Shown here: one piece after another, positions 22,398 through 32,660 of the stretch | Layout: each line of letters begins with the position of its first letter | Position numbering within the stretch: the first letter of the stretch is position 1 | Assembly (NCBI GenBank): GCA_045629645.1 | Contig: JAZQRR010000006.1 | Location: forward strand, 3,042-67,041 | Length of the DNA stretch: 64,000 nt | Source: Candidatus Enterousia sp. | GTDB lineage: Bacteria; Pseudomonadota; Alphaproteobacteria; Rs-D84 | Reading direction: 5' to 3' | Notes under the pieces: generated by a model | Seen by the model: the letters and a program-made list of their open reading frames with translations, nothing else | Databases searched by the model: none | What the model was told of the DNA's origin: nothing | Made by a program: the position numbers and the translations under genes

Positions 22398-23661
22398 ATG
22401 CAACCTTTTTATTTGATTTCTTTTTCTCTATCGGTGCTTTTTCACCACGAACAACCGATGCGTCTATGATAATTTCAGATAAATCCGGCTTATCAGGTGC
22501 ATCAAACATCGGTTGCATCAAAATACGTTCCAGAATACTGCGCAAACCACGCGCACCTGTCTTGCGCGCAACCGCCATTTTTGCAATTTCACGTAAACCA
22601 TCATCTGTAATATTTAATTTAACATCATCCATCGCTAACATTGCTGTAAATTGTTTTACAACCGCGTTCTTTGGCTCGGTCAGAATTTTTACCAATGCTT
22701 CTTCGTCCAATTCCTGCAATGTTGTAATAACAGGCAAACGCCCAATTAATTCAGGGATAATACCAAATTTCACCAAATCTTCTGGTTCAATTTCGGACAA
22801 ATAATCTTTGGATTCACGCTCTTGTTTTGATTCGACATGCGCCCCAAAACCAATTCCACGACGCGCACATTTGCGATTACCGATAATTTTGTTCAAACCA
22901 TCAAAGGCCCCGCCACAGATAAACAAAATCTTGCTGGTATCCAACTGAACAGTTGCTTCGCCTGGGTGTTTACGTCCTGCGCCACCCGCCGGCACATTTG
23001 CAACCGTACCTTCGATTAATTTTAATAATGCTTGCTGTACACCTTCGCCAGACACATCACGTGTTAACGACGGATTTTCTGATTTTCTAGAAATCTTGTC
23101 AATTTCGTCGATATAAATAATTCCACGCCCTGCACGTTCAACATCAAAATTCGCATTTTGCAACAAACGTGTTAAAACACTTTCTACGTCATCGCCTACA
23201 TATCCTGCTTCGGTCAAAGTGGTTGCATCGGCAATTGCAAAAGGCACATCCAAAATACGCGCCAACGTCTGGGCAAATAAAGTCTTGCCCGTACCTGTTG
23301 AACCAATCAACAAAACATTAGATTTCTGTATTTCTACATCTGATGTTAATGCGACATTATGACGTTTAAAGTGGTTATAAACCGCCACAGCCAAGGTACG
23401 TTTTGCCGTATCCTGACCAATAATATATTCGTTCAAGAACGCATAAATCTGTGATGGGGTTGGCAATTTTTCAACATCTTTGCTGACCTGACGGCGTGTA
23501 TCATCCGCCATAATATCATTACACAAATTTATACATTCATCACAAATACAAACGTTACGACCACTGACCAGTTTTTTAACTTCATACACAGCCTTGCCAC
23601 AAAAACTGCAAAACTGCTGATTATTATTTTCTGTATTTGGTGTTTTTTTATCTTCGCTCAT
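22396..23661 (-). CDS. clpX: ATP-dependent Clp protease ATP-binding subunit ClpX
   Basis: Track ORF trimmed to ATG 23661 (MSEDKK..; GGGGA upstream). Zn finger CSFCGK..CICDEC, Walker A GSTGTGKT. Confidence 0.96.
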   Translation of the reverse strand: MSEDKKTPNTENNNQQFCSFCGKAVYEVKKLVSGRNVCICDECINLCNDIMADDTRRQVSKDVEKLPTPSQIYAFLNEYIIGQDTAKRTLAVAVYNHFKRHNVALTSDVEIQKSNVLLIGSTGTGKTLFAQTLARILDVPFAIADATTLTEAGYVGDDVESVLTRLLQNANFDVERAGRGIIYIDEIDKISRKSENPSLTRDVSGEGVQQALLKLIEGTVANVPAGGAGRKHPGEATVQLDTSKILFICGGAFDGLNKIIGNRKCARRGIGFGAHVESKQERESKDYLSEIEPEDLVKFGIIPELIGRLPVITTLQELDEEALVKILTEPKNAVVKQFTAMLAMDDVKLNITDDGLREIAKMAVARKTGARGLRSILERILMQPMFDAPDKPDLSEIIIDASVVRGEKAPIEKKKSNKKVA

Positions 23662-23686
23662 ACCGGCATCCCCAGATTTTATAAAA

Positions 23687-24268
23687 TTATTTCTTTTCCA
23701 GAACAGAATCAATCAAACCAAATTCTTTGGCTTCATACGGATTCAACCAATTATCACGTTCCATTGCATCAAACAATTCTTGTTCTGTGCGTCCAGTAAA
23801 CCCAGACATCTGTTTAATCAGCGTGTCTTTATTTTTCTGATACTGTGTAAGACGAATTTGTAAATCTGTAATTTGTCCTTCGGCACCAGCCAACGGTTGG
23901 TGAATCATAATCTGAGTATTAGGCAATACAAATCGTTTTCCCTTTTCACCGGCTGCCAACAACACAGACCCCATAGACGCAACCAACCCCATACCGATGG
24001 TTGAAACAGGCGCCTTGATATACTGCATTGTATCCATAATTGCCCATCCTGCGGAAACATCGCCCCCAGGTGTATTAATATACATTGAAATATCAGCATT
24101 TGGGTTTTCAGATTCCAAGAACAACAACTGTGCAACAATGCTGTTTGCCATTGCTGGTTCAATTCCACCATTAACCATAATAATTCTGTCGCGCAACAAG
24201 CGTGAATAAATATCAAACGAACGTTCACCGCGTGGCGACTCTTCTATAACCATTGGTATTAATGCCAT
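23687..24268 (-). CDS. clpP: ATP-dependent Clp protease proteolytic subunit
   Basis: 193 aa. ..[16 protein letters not shown].., [19 protein letters not shown]. Confidence 0.97.
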   Translation of the reverse strand: MALIPMVIEESPRGERSFDIYSRLLRDRIIMVNGGIEPAMANSIVAQLLFLESENPNADISMYINTPGGDVSAGWAIMDTMQYIKAPVSTIGMGLVASMGSVLLAAGEKGKRFVLPNTQIMIHQPLAGAEGQITDLQIRLTQYQKNKDTLIKQMSGFTGRTEQELFDAMERDNWLNPYEAKEFGLIDSVLEKK

Positions 24269-24422
24269 AAAAAATCCTCTTGTTTTTTTATAAAATTATA
24301 TCACAACTTTATCCGATTCGCGAATTTAACATACATATAGTTATAAAAGCAACAAAAACAAGTCTTTAACGATAAAAAAAGCCCCGTAAATACGGGACTT
24401 TTAACACAAAATCACAACCAGA

Positions 24423-25247
24423 TTATTTATCCAATGCAGCTTTGATTTGTTCTGCTGGGATTGCACCCGGGAAAGCCTGTTCATTGATAATCAAGAACGG
24501 TGTTCCTGTGATTTCAAAGCGTTGCGCCAAATCACGAACATTTGCCATTTCGCGTGCTACAACTTCACCATTCATATCTTTTTCCAGTTTTGCTGTATCC
24601 AAACCTGCTTCTTCAGCAAATTTCATGATATTCTTTTTGATTGCAGCAACCATCTTTTCTGGATCTGAATTCTTTTCTTGTGGACGATATTCACGTGTCA
24701 TGATTAAATCTACCAATTTTGCAGCCTTGTCATTACCCTGCAACTTTGCAGCAATCATCGCGCGTGCTGGTGCATCTGACATAGGTCCATGGATAGAATA
24801 GTTTTTAATAACAACACGAACATCATCACGATCAGCCAATACACGTTCCAATTCACCGTGTACACGACGGCAATAACCACAAGAAGCCGCAGTCCAAATG
24901 TAAATTGTATTTTCTGCAGATTCGTTACCCAAAATTGGTGCATCCGCCATCATAACATCTGCGTTATCACGAACGTATTTGCGAACCATTTTATTCTTTT
25001 CAGCATTCTGCTGTTTCTGCATAGATTCTACCATTTCTTGCAAAATCACAGGATTAACATCTGTCAAATAATAAGGAACATACAGACGGCATACGCAACC
25101 TGCAACCAACATCCATGCAACGATGTTTATAATTTTCTTTGAGATTTTCGCACCTTTGGACGCCTTCTTTGCATCTTGTTTTACCAACAAGCCGCTGAAC
25201 ACGTACAAAGCGATACCCAATACCAGTACCAAAATTGTCCAAGTCAT
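24423..25247 (-). CDS. membrane-anchored DsbA-family thiol:disulfide oxidoreductase
   Basis: Track ORF trimmed to ATG 25247 (AAGGAG upstream). N-terminal TM segments, active site SCGYC, thioredoxin-fold C-terminus ..TGTPFLIIN. Confidence 0.8.
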   Translation of the reverse strand: MTWTILVLVLGIALYVFSGLLVKQDAKKASKGAKISKKIINIVAWMLVAGCVCRLYVPYYLTDVNPVILQEMVESMQKQQNAEKNKMVRKYVRDNADVMMADAPILGNESAENTIYIWTAASCGYCRRVHGELERVLADRDDVRVVIKNYSIHGPMSDAPARAMIAAKLQGNDKAAKLVDLIMTREYRPQEKNSDPEKMVAAIKKNIMKFAEEAGLDTAKLEKDMNGEVVAREMANVRDLAQRFEITGTPFLIINEQAFPGAIPAEQIKAALDK

Positions 25248-25315
25248 AATTTTCTCCTTTTCTTGTTGAACAGACACAACATAGCAAATTTTAATAAAAT
25301 GGCAAGGAATAAATA

Positions 25316-25963
25316 TTATTTTTTCAACATTTTCCGCATCAAAGGCATACGCACGCCTTGTTGCAGACATATTGAGTCCAAAAAATGATACGTAACATCT
25401 AAATTTAATGGCAAAGTGTACAGCTTAGTGATATAAGGTTGCGCACACTTGTTACACACGGCACGCCCTGTACGCGGCGACAAATAATTCAAATCCCGTG
25501 TTGTACCACACCCAGAACAATGAGACAAATCCAACGCATACCCCAATTCTTGCAAAAAATTAATTTCCCACCGCAAATAGACAACTTGCACATCTGAATC
25601 CAAATTTTCCAAACAAAATACTGTATTATCATATAAATCAGTATATGCTTCACGCTCGGGCAGCAGATTCAGCAATAATTCAAACACAGAATTCAAACAC
25701 ATCAAAACAGTTGGTTTTGCAATATACCCAGCGGCAATATTTTTTTCTACCTCCCAATGAAAGACCCCTAATTGTGAATCCAAGCGTGCGTTCCACGCGA
25801 CCTGCCCCACCTGTCCAACCAACGGTTTGTTTTTCTTGGCCACCTGTGCCCCACGCATAACACCAACCAACACGCCGTTATCGCGTGTAAAAATATGTGC
25901 AACCGAATCGCGTTCATTTAACGGACGTAACCCTATCAAGATTCCAACTGATTCTATTTTCAC
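25316..25963 (-). CDS. recO: DNA repair protein RecO
   Basis: 215 aa, GTG start. OB-fold N-terminus, Zn motif CSGCG...CNKC. Follows pth on the same strand. Confidence 0.8.
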   Translation of the reverse strand: MKIESVGILIGLRPLNERDSVAHIFTRDNGVLVGVMRGAQVAKKNKPLVGQVGQVAWNARLDSQLGVFHWEVEKNIAAGYIAKPTVLMCLNSVFELLLNLLPEREAYTDLYDNTVFCLENLDSDVQVVYLRWEINFLQELGYALDLSHCSGCGTTRDLNYLSPRTGRAVCNKCAQPYITKLYTLPLNLDVTYHFLDSICLQQGVRMPLMRKMLKK

Positions 25964-25972
25964 ACAACGCCC

Positions 25973-26494
25973 TTAGAATAAATGAATATTCGCGATAACT
26001 TCTTCTATCTGTTTAATTTGATTAGAATCAAAACGTCCCAAGACCCAATCCGCGGGATTAATATTCAACCCTAATTCACGCGGATGACCGACACCAATTC
26101 TGATACGTCTGTATTCTTTTCCGACATGCAAATCGATTGATTTTATTCCATTATGTCCAGCACTGCCACCGCCTATTTTTTCGCGGCAATTACCAACCGT
26201 AACATCCATATCATCATGAATTACAATTAAATTTTCAACGGGTATTTTATAAAAATCCATCAATGCACGCACTGCCACCCCACTGTTATTCATAAATGTT
26301 TGTGGCTTTGCAAAAATAACCTTGCGATTATCAATCACAGCAGTTGCAATCTGCGCATTTTTTTCTTTTTTCCATGACACATCGGCCCCCAACATATAAT
26401 CCACTGTCATAAAGCCAACATTATGTCGTGTCTGCTTATATTCATCCCCAGGATTTCCCAATCCAACAACTAAAACAGGTTTATTTTCTTGCAT
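25973..26494 (-). CDS. pth: peptidyl-tRNA hydrolase
   Basis: 173 aa. LVVGLGNPGDEYKQTRHNVGF, GHNGIKSI. Confidence 0.95.
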   Translation of the reverse strand: MQENKPVLVVGLGNPGDEYKQTRHNVGFMTVDYMLGADVSWKKEKNAQIATAVIDNRKVIFAKPQTFMNNSGVAVRALMDFYKIPVENLIVIHDDMDVTVGNCREKIGGGSAGHNGIKSIDLHVGKEYRRIRIGVGHPRELGLNINPADWVLGRFDSNQIKQIEEVIANIHLF

Positions 26495-26539
26495 ATCTGA
26501 TACCCTTTTCTTATTATAATAACACAGAAAGGAGCAAAC

Positions 26540-27091
26540 ATGAAACTAAAAACACTTGGATTTTTAACTGCTGGTTCTATCTTCTTTATCGCGGGTACAG
26601 CAAATGCGAATATGCTGATTGACATTTATGCTGGTGGCACATTTGGAATTGGCGGATATTCTTTATACGATGGGGATAATTTCAAATCAAAATCCAGTCA
26701 ATCGTATGGTGCTGTCTTGGGTATGGATATTCCTTTGTTCCGCATTGAATTAGAATATAATTATCTGGATACAGACGCAATCAAATTAAACACTGGTTTC
26801 GTAAATGGTTATTTTAAATTACCAACACCTGTTGTTAAGCCTTATATTGGTGCGGGATTGGGTATGAATTTCTCCAGCAAATACGAATCAGTAAACAGCG
26901 GTAAAATTGATATCAAAGACGATTTGGTATATCAGGGTATGTTGGGCATAACATTTGACTTGCCAGTTATACCGTTTAACATAGACATCGAAGGTCGTGT
27001 TTTATATGCAGATTCTATATTTGAATACAACACCAAAGACATTGACTTGTTGCAATACGAAGGTCGTGTAAAATTGCGTTACGTATTCTAA
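26540..27091 (+). CDS. small outer-membrane beta-barrel protein (OMP_b-brl / Omp25-like)
   Basis: 183 aa. Signal ..FFIAGTANA, terminal ..RVKLRYVF. SD AAAGGAG. Confidence 0.75.
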   Translation: MKLKTLGFLTAGSIFFIAGTANANMLIDIYAGGTFGIGGYSLYDGDNFKSKSSQSYGAVLGMDIPLFRIELEYNYLDTDAIKLNTGFVNGYFKLPTPVVKPYIGAGLGMNFSSKYESVNSGKIDIKDDLVYQGMLGITFDLPVIPFNIDIEGRVLYADSIFEYNTKDIDLLQYEGRVKLRYVF

Positions 27092-27163
27092 ACAAAAAAC
27101 GAAACAAAATTGTTTGGGGGCCAACGCCCCCAAATTTAACCTTTTATAAAACAAGGGGAACGT

Positions 27164-29941
27164 ATGCTGACATTAATAGATGGTAATTCATTATTATTCC
27201 GCGCATATTATGGCGTACACAGCCGCCTGACACGCAGCGACGGCACGCCGACTGGCGCGGTATATGGCTTTATAAATATGATATTACCAATATTATCTGC
27301 TGCATCCCCAGAAGACTATATTGTTTGTGTCTTTGACGCATCACGCCAGACATTTCGTCAAAACATATACCCAGAATACAAACAAAATCGTTCTGAAACC
27401 CCGCAAGACTTAATAACCCAGGGGCATATGATACGCGAAGGCTTAACAGCAATGGGAATTCCTGTATTATGCGTTCCCAACGTCGAAGCAGACGATGTAA
27501 TTGCAACCTTGGCACAATCTAATTGTACAAACGCATCAAAAACCAGAATCATAACCAGCGACAAAGACTTAATGCAACTGGTTTCTGATTGTGTATTTTT
27601 ATACGACGGTATGAAACAAAAACAAATTCATACAGATCAAGTAATCGAAAAATTCGGTGTTACCCCAGATAAAGTTATCGATGTACAATCATTGATGGGC
27701 GATTCTTCTGACAACGTCCCTGGCGTACCAGGAATTGGACCTAAAAAAGCCGCCGAATTAATTAACGAATTTCAAACATTGGACAACCTGTACGCGAATC
27801 TAGACCAAATAAAAAGCGAAAGAATACGAAACTTGTTACATGACAATCGCGATCAGGCATACATATCAAAACAACTGGTAACATTAAAAACAGACGTTGA
27901 TTTATCGGGCTTAAAATTATCACCTTTCAGATTCAACACTGTTTCTGCACTTAGTTTTATCAAAAACAAACTTGAAAGCACTTCTTTGTTTGCAAAAATA
28001 GAAAAATTATTTCCACAAACAACTGACGGTCCAACATCATTTGAATTCGAATTTTCACAAAATATGTGTGAAACACCATCGGAACAAAACGACGGCAAAA
28101 CAGAAAAAACAGAAAGCATTGATTTTACTAATAAAACCATAACAACCATTTCTGATTTGGACGAATTTTTATCATCTTTGGACAATATCTTAGCGATAGA
28201 CACAGAAACAACAGGACTGGACACAACAAGCGATAAAATCGTCGGCATATCACTGGCGACATCTAAAACCAATGGCGCATATATACCTATTCGACACACA
28301 TCTTATACAAGCGGCTTGTTCAACACAGATTCAAACACTTCGCCACAACAACTGGATATAGAAACTGTTTACAAAAAATTATGGCCAATACTTACAAATC
28401 CAAACATTATAAAAATCGGACATAATCTGAAATACGATTTACATATAATGGCTAACGAAGGTTGGGATATATCAAAAATAAAACCAATCGACGACACAAT
28501 GTTGTTATCATATATATTGCATGGCACATTACATGGACATGGTCTGGATGAACTGGCATTAAAATATTTGTCTCATAATACGATAAAGTTTGCTTCGTTA
28601 TTTTCACCAGACACAGCAAAATCAGACCTGCGATTTGATCAACTGGATATAGACACAGCATCAAAATATGCCACCGAAGATGCCTGTATATGTCGCGCAC
28701 TGTACGACATTATGCGTCCTGAATTAAACAAAGATGAAAAACTGCGCAATTTATATGAATCTTGCGATTTACCATTAATGCCAATCTTGGTGAATATGGA
28801 ACGAATTGGTGTTTTACTGGACAGGCAAAAATTAAACAACTTGTCTGTTATTTTCCACGAACAAATGCAAAATCTGGAACAAGATATATGGGAATTAGTT
28901 GGACACCAATTTAATATCGCCAGTCCAAAGCAATTAGCAACCGTATTATTTGACGAACTGCAACTGCCTACAAACAAAAAACGTTCCACAGATGCCAGCG
29001 CGCTGAATAATTTGACTGACACACATCCTGTTATTGAAAAAATACTTCTATGGCGTTCTGTTGCAAAACTTGCAGGAACTTACACGGACACCTTGCCGCA
29101 CCAAATTGCATCAGATGGGCGCATTCATACAACCTATTTACAAACCAGCACGAACACAGGTCGTCTGTCCAGTCGTAATCCAAACCTGCAAAACATACCA
29201 ATTAAAACAGAACTTGGCGAAGAAATCAGAAAATGCTTTATCGCACCAGATAAACGCGTATTAATATCTGTTGATTATTCACAAATACAATTAAGATTAT
29301 TGGCAGAAGTTGCAGAAATCACAACATTTAAAGAAACTTTTAATAACGGTGCCGACATACACAGTCAAACTGCACGCAAAATATTTAATATTCCTGACGA
29401 TTCACCTGTGCCAAAAGAATTACGTCGCGCCGCAAAAACGATTAATTTTTCTATAATTTATGGGATATCATCATTTGGGCTGGCGGGACAACTGGGGCTT
29501 TCCAGAACAGAAGCGCAAAAAATAATTGATTCTTATATGGCTGGTCTGCCAGAAATAAAAAAATACATTGAAAACATTAAACAATTTGCAAAAGCAAATG
29601 CATATGTATTAAGTCCTTGGGGCCGTCGCATTGAACTGCCCGAAGCACAAAATCCACGTATGCAAGCATACGCAATGCGCGCTGCCATAAACGCACCAAT
29701 CCAAGGATACGAAGCAGACTTAATGCGTTACGCAATCGTACAAATATATAATGACATCGTTGCACCAAACAGTGATAAAATCAGTATGATTATGCAAGTA
29801 CACGATGAAATCATTTTTGAATGCGATGAAGAATACGCCGAACAATTTGCCGAACAAATCAAAACAAAAATGGAAAACATCACAAAAATATCTGTTCCAT
29901 TGGTTGCTGAATACATAATCAATAAACAATGGGGCAAATAA
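27164..29941 (+). CDS. polA: DNA polymerase I
   Basis: 925 aa. 5'-nuclease LIDGNSLLFRAYYG, 3'-5' exonuclease AIDTETTGLD, polymerase motifs ..RRAAKTINFSIIYG.. and QVHDEIIFE. Confidence 0.97.
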   Translation: MLTLIDGNSLLFRAYYGVHSRLTRSDGTPTGAVYGFINMILPILSAASPEDYIVCVFDASRQTFRQNIYPEYKQNRSETPQDLITQGHMIREGLTAMGIPVLCVPNVEADDVIATLAQSNCTNASKTRIITSDKDLMQLVSDCVFLYDGMKQKQIHTDQVIEKFGVTPDKVIDVQSLMGDSSDNVPGVPGIGPKKAAELINEFQTLDNLYANLDQIKSERIRNLLHDNRDQAYISKQLVTLKTDVDLSGLKLSPFRFNTVSALSFIKNKLESTSLFAKIEKLFPQTTDGPTSFEFEFSQNMCETPSEQNDGKTEKTESIDFTNKTITTISDLDEFLSSLDNILAIDTETTGLDTTSDKIVGISLATSKTNGAYIPIRHTSYTSGLFNTDSNTSPQQLDIETVYKKLWPILTNPNIIKIGHNLKYDLHIMANEGWDISKIKPIDDTMLLSYILHGTLHGHGLDELALKYLSHNTIKFASLFSPDTAKSDLRFDQLDIDTASKYATEDACICRALYDIMRPELNKDEKLRNLYESCDLPLMPILVNMERIGVLLDRQKLNNLSVIFHEQMQNLEQDIWELVGHQFNIASPKQLATVLFDELQLPTNKKRSTDASALNNLTDTHPVIEKILLWRSVAKLAGTYTDTLPHQIASDGRIHTTYLQTSTNTGRLSSRNPNLQNIPIKTELGEEIRKCFIAPDKRVLISVDYSQIQLRLLAEVAEITTFKETFNNGADIHSQTARKIFNIPDDSPVPKELRRAAKTINFSIIYGISSFGLAGQLGLSRTEAQKIIDSYMAGLPEIKKYIENIKQFAKANAYVLSPWGRRIELPEAQNPRMQAYAMRAAINAPIQGYEADLMRYAIVQIYNDIVAPNSDKISMIMQVHDEIIFECDEEYAEQFAEQIKTKMENITKISVPLVAEYIINKQWGK

Positions 29942-29995
29942 AAAAAACATTGAAAATACAAAAATATTGACCTATGATGAAAAAAAAGGTTACAA

Positions 29996-30529
29996 ATGAA
30001 ACAAAAAATAACTGCTGAAAATTTACTCCCTGAAAACATCAAAAGTGACATTATTACAAAAATTCCTTTGGCGACAATAACGCCTGAAACAATCAAACAA
30101 ATACCAATCGATAAACGTAATCTGATTGTATCACTGCAAGACGTATATTCTCTGTTGGATAAAAACCCATCAATTCTGGAAAAAATATTATCCGACCGTC
30201 CTGCAACCTTGTTATTGTTTTTATGGATGGATTTATCTAAAACATCTGAAATCGAATATATCCGTAACCTGCCTATAAAAATGTTCAAAGGCATAACTAT
30301 GCAAAATTTATTAACAAACCTGTGGACATCTGCGGACATGGCACAAATAAACAATACAGCAAATAAATTATTTGGTCCATCATTAAACTATCAGGGCGAC
30401 ATATTGCTGACAAAAGACATACAACAAGATAAAAAAATCACTAAAAACGTCAAAACAGTTGGCGATGTTTTTGATGAAAAACGTTTAGTATTATCACATA
30501 TCATCAATTCTAAATTAAATCTGAAATAA
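29996..30529 (+). CDS. hypothetical protein
   Basis: 177-aa ORF with an AAAGG SD-like element upstream and a terminator downstream. No family recognised. Confidence 0.6.
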   Translation: MKQKITAENLLPENIKSDIITKIPLATITPETIKQIPIDKRNLIVSLQDVYSLLDKNPSILEKILSDRPATLLLFLWMDLSKTSEIEYIRNLPIKMFKGITMQNLLTNLWTSADMAQINNTANKLFGPSLNYQGDILLTKDIQQDKKITKNVKTVGDVFDEKRLVLSHIINSKLNLK

Positions 30530-30557
30530 AAAACCGGCAACACGCCGGTTTTATTTT
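30528..30557. terminator. bidirectional terminator
   Basis: AAAAAACCGGCAACACGCCGGTTTTATTTT between convergent genes. Confidence 0.65.
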
Positions 30558-30560
30558 AGA

Positions 30561-31445
30561 TTATATAATTCTGCGTCTAATTACACTAAACAGCGCAAAC
30601 CCCAACAACAAAACCATTATAAATATGAATATCGTTGTCGCAGCAGCATCATATTGTGCGAACGGCAAATCCAAGTTCATACCGTAATAACCAACGATAA
30701 CTGTTGGAACCACCAAAATAATATTCCACATCGTCAGTCTGTTAATATTAGTATTCGAGTCCATATTAATAACGCTTTCAAAAGTCTCTTTTATTGACTT
30801 TAACATTTTACTGTACGAAGTAACAACCTCGGTCGCCTGTGACAATTCAATACGTGCATCTTCTGCCAATTCTTTGGCATCATCCGTTTTAACAAATCCC
30901 CTGACCTTTTCTAATTTATCCAGCACAGCGACATTACCCTTGATACCCGCCATATACAACGTGTAACTATTTTCAACCTCTAACAAATCCAACAATTCTT
31001 TTTTACGAATACGTTCTTGCAAGATATGCTTTGAATCCAATACACGCTTGTTTAAAACCTTTAACATACGCAAATACGATTCTGCGATATAATAAATAAT
31101 ATTCAAAATAAACTCTTCCCGAGATGTTTTTTCCGATTTTTTAATTTTATCCAACAAATCGCATCTTTTTCTGCAAACTGTAATCACCATATTGCTTGAA
31201 AAAATAATAGACAAAGGTTCTGTATGCCACAGGGTGCCAGATTCTCGATTAATAATTGGGAAACGTACAATTATAACCTTGTAATCATCTTCGACTTCTA
31301 ATCTTGGCTGTTCATCAGGGTCCAAAATATCAGAAATTGTATCTTCATCAATTTTGTACTCTGTTTGCAGTTTTTCAAAATCATTATGATCCGGATTGCC
31401 AACATTAATCCAAGAGAACGTTTTTAATTTTTCCGTTACGAACAT
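30561..31445 (-). CDS. corA: CorA-family magnesium/cobalt transporter
   Basis: 294 aa. Two C-terminal TM segments with the YGMN signature (VGYYGMNLDLPF). SD AAGGAG. Confidence 0.85.
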   Translation of the reverse strand: MFVTEKLKTFSWINVGNPDHNDFEKLQTEYKIDEDTISDILDPDEQPRLEVEDDYKVIIVRFPIINRESGTLWHTEPLSIIFSSNMVITVCRKRCDLLDKIKKSEKTSREEFILNIIYYIAESYLRMLKVLNKRVLDSKHILQERIRKKELLDLLEVENSYTLYMAGIKGNVAVLDKLEKVRGFVKTDDAKELAEDARIELSQATEVVTSYSKMLKSIKETFESVINMDSNTNINRLTMWNIILVVPTVIVGYYGMNLDLPFAQYDAAATTIFIFIMVLLLGFALFSVIRRRII

Positions 31446-31584
31446 TTCATTCTCCTTTGGCTATAACGCAGTTATTTTATACTAAAAAAAACAATAAATC
31501 AATAAATTCTGGGAATAGATACGTCTGTTTTTACTAACTTATATATGCTAGCATAAATATCACACAGCCAAGGACAATCGCAAT

Positions 31585-32028
31585 ATGCCAAAATTTAAAA
31601 CCAACATATCATCTTTTACCATCGCACATTACATACTGTTATTCTTGGTAACGATTACCTGTATTGGCATAATTGCGTGGGTTATAATTTATCGTAATAA
31701 TAACGCACCTGAAAACAACGTCCACCTGCCGGTAACCCATATCCAAGGAAGTAACCCTTGTGTTAAACGAACGATTGAAACTGTAAATAAAATGTGGCGT
31801 TATGACCCTAAAATGGTCCCTGGCAAGTATTGGGATATTGCGATGCGTTATATGAACCAACCCATTACACATGAAACATTTGGCGTATGTCAAGATGTTG
31901 GCTATATATGTCACCCAGGTCAAATTCGTCGTGATTGCGACCCATGTGCAGTACCAGCAGCGCGCAAATATGCCCAAGAAATTCATATTTCTGATATGTT
32001 GGCAGAACACTGCGATACAAAAAAATAA
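31585..32028 (+). CDS. membrane-anchored cysteine-containing hypothetical protein
   Basis: 147 aa. One N-terminal TM (ILLFLVTITCIGIIAWVII), then an extracytoplasmic domain with 7 Cys. Confidence 0.6.
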   Translation: MPKFKTNISSFTIAHYILLFLVTITCIGIIAWVIIYRNNNAPENNVHLPVTHIQGSNPCVKRTIETVNKMWRYDPKMVPGKYWDIAMRYMNQPITHETFGVCQDVGYICHPGQIRRDCDPCAVPAARKYAQEIHISDMLAEHCDTKK

Positions 32029-32056
32029 AAACGGGGAATCCCCGTTTTAATTTTTA

Positions 32057-32133
32057 TGGTCGGGGTGACAAGATTCGAACTTGCGACCCCTTGCACCCCA
32101 TGCAAGTACTCTACCAGGCTGAGCTACACCCCG
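32057..32133 (-). tRNA. tRNA-Pro (anticodon GGG), CCA encoded
   Basis: Reverse complement CGGGGTGTAGCTCAGCCTGGTAGAGTACTTGCATGGGGTGCAAGGGGTCGCAAGTTCGAATCTTGTCACCCCGACCA. Anticodon loop ATGGGGT. Confidence 0.9.
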
Positions 32134-32281
32134 ACGAACACGATAATAATAGACACAAGAACAATAAATTACAAATACTTTTTTCTGGGAAAAGACACAT
32201 ATTGTATCTTCATCGTATAATACGATAAAATAGAACTGTCCGGACAAATTGTATAACAACAAAAAACAGAGGGGAAAAAAT

Positions 32282-32386
32282 ATGTCAAAAACAGAAAACA
32301 AAACATGCAAGTGCAAACATTGTTCAAAAATGCAAAATAACGAAGGTAACAAAGATAAAACAAACGTCTCTAAATGTGACAAATAA
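32282..32386 (+). CDS. 34-aa lysine/cysteine-rich small protein (candidate)
   Basis: Below the ORF-track size cut-off. GAGGGG SD 8 nt upstream. MSKTENKTCKCKHCSKMQNNEGNKDKTNVSKCDK. Followed by a hairpin terminator. Confidence 0.45.
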   Translation: MSKTENKTCKCKHCSKMQNNEGNKDKTNVSKCDK

Positions 32387-32388
32387 AA

Positions 32389-32413
32389 CACCGCCAAATT
32401 GGCGGTATTTTTT
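32389..32413 (+). terminator. rho-independent terminator
   Basis: CACCGCC-AAATT-GGCGGT-A-TTTTTT. Confidence 0.65.
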
Positions 32414-32518
32414 ATTTGTATTTATAAAAAAATATGTTACCATATCTCTTGTCCACAGGGTATTCCTGGGATGGGGTGTCAAGACCCAACACACGAAGCG
32501 TCCGATATCAAACAAGAC

Positions 32519-32539
32519 GCGCCGCACGGCGTATTTTTT
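32519..32539 (+). terminator. short GC hairpin plus T6 (candidate terminator inside the non-coding region)
   Basis: GCGCC-GCAC-GGCGT-A-TTTTTT. Confidence 0.4.
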
Positions 32540-32545
32540 ATATCT

Positions 32546-32660
32546 GACGAAAAACTCCTGATATACCGGTCAGGAGGGTTGCGAATAAATCGAATAAGCA
32601 CACAATACTTCGTGATTGTCTTGAACCTCCTGACCACCCTTGATTTTTTGGTGGTTTTTT
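32546..32660 (+). ncRNA. structured RNA element with the same three-helix and terminator architecture as the leaders at 8354-8550 and 2651-2883
   Basis: CUCCUGA (32555-61) pairs with GGUCAGGAGG (32568-77). That segment alternatively pairs with CCUCCUGACC (32626-35) across a 47-48-nt loop. The terminator ACCACC (32633-38)/GGUGGU (32650-55)+U6 overlaps it by ACC. Confidence 0.5.

Noticed and set aside
29728-30354. 208-aa minus-strand ORF overlapping the polA 3' end and the 177-aa plus-strand gene
   Set aside because: It is antisense to two better-supported genes. Its Phe/Ile/Ser-rich composition is typical of AT-rich antisense frames.
32047-32397. 116-aa minus-strand ORF
   Set aside because: It overlaps tRNA-Pro(GGG) and the plus-strand small ORF and terminator. 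The sequence is low-complexity and hydrophobic, with no SD.
32440-32545. Possible THF riboswitch (UGGGAUGGGGUGUCAAGACCCAACACACGAAGCG recalls the GGGAUG...ACGAAGCG core)
   Set aside because: Only two short motifs match from memory. I could not build the three-way junction or pseudoknot, and no folate gene lies downstream. A cmscan is needed before any claim.
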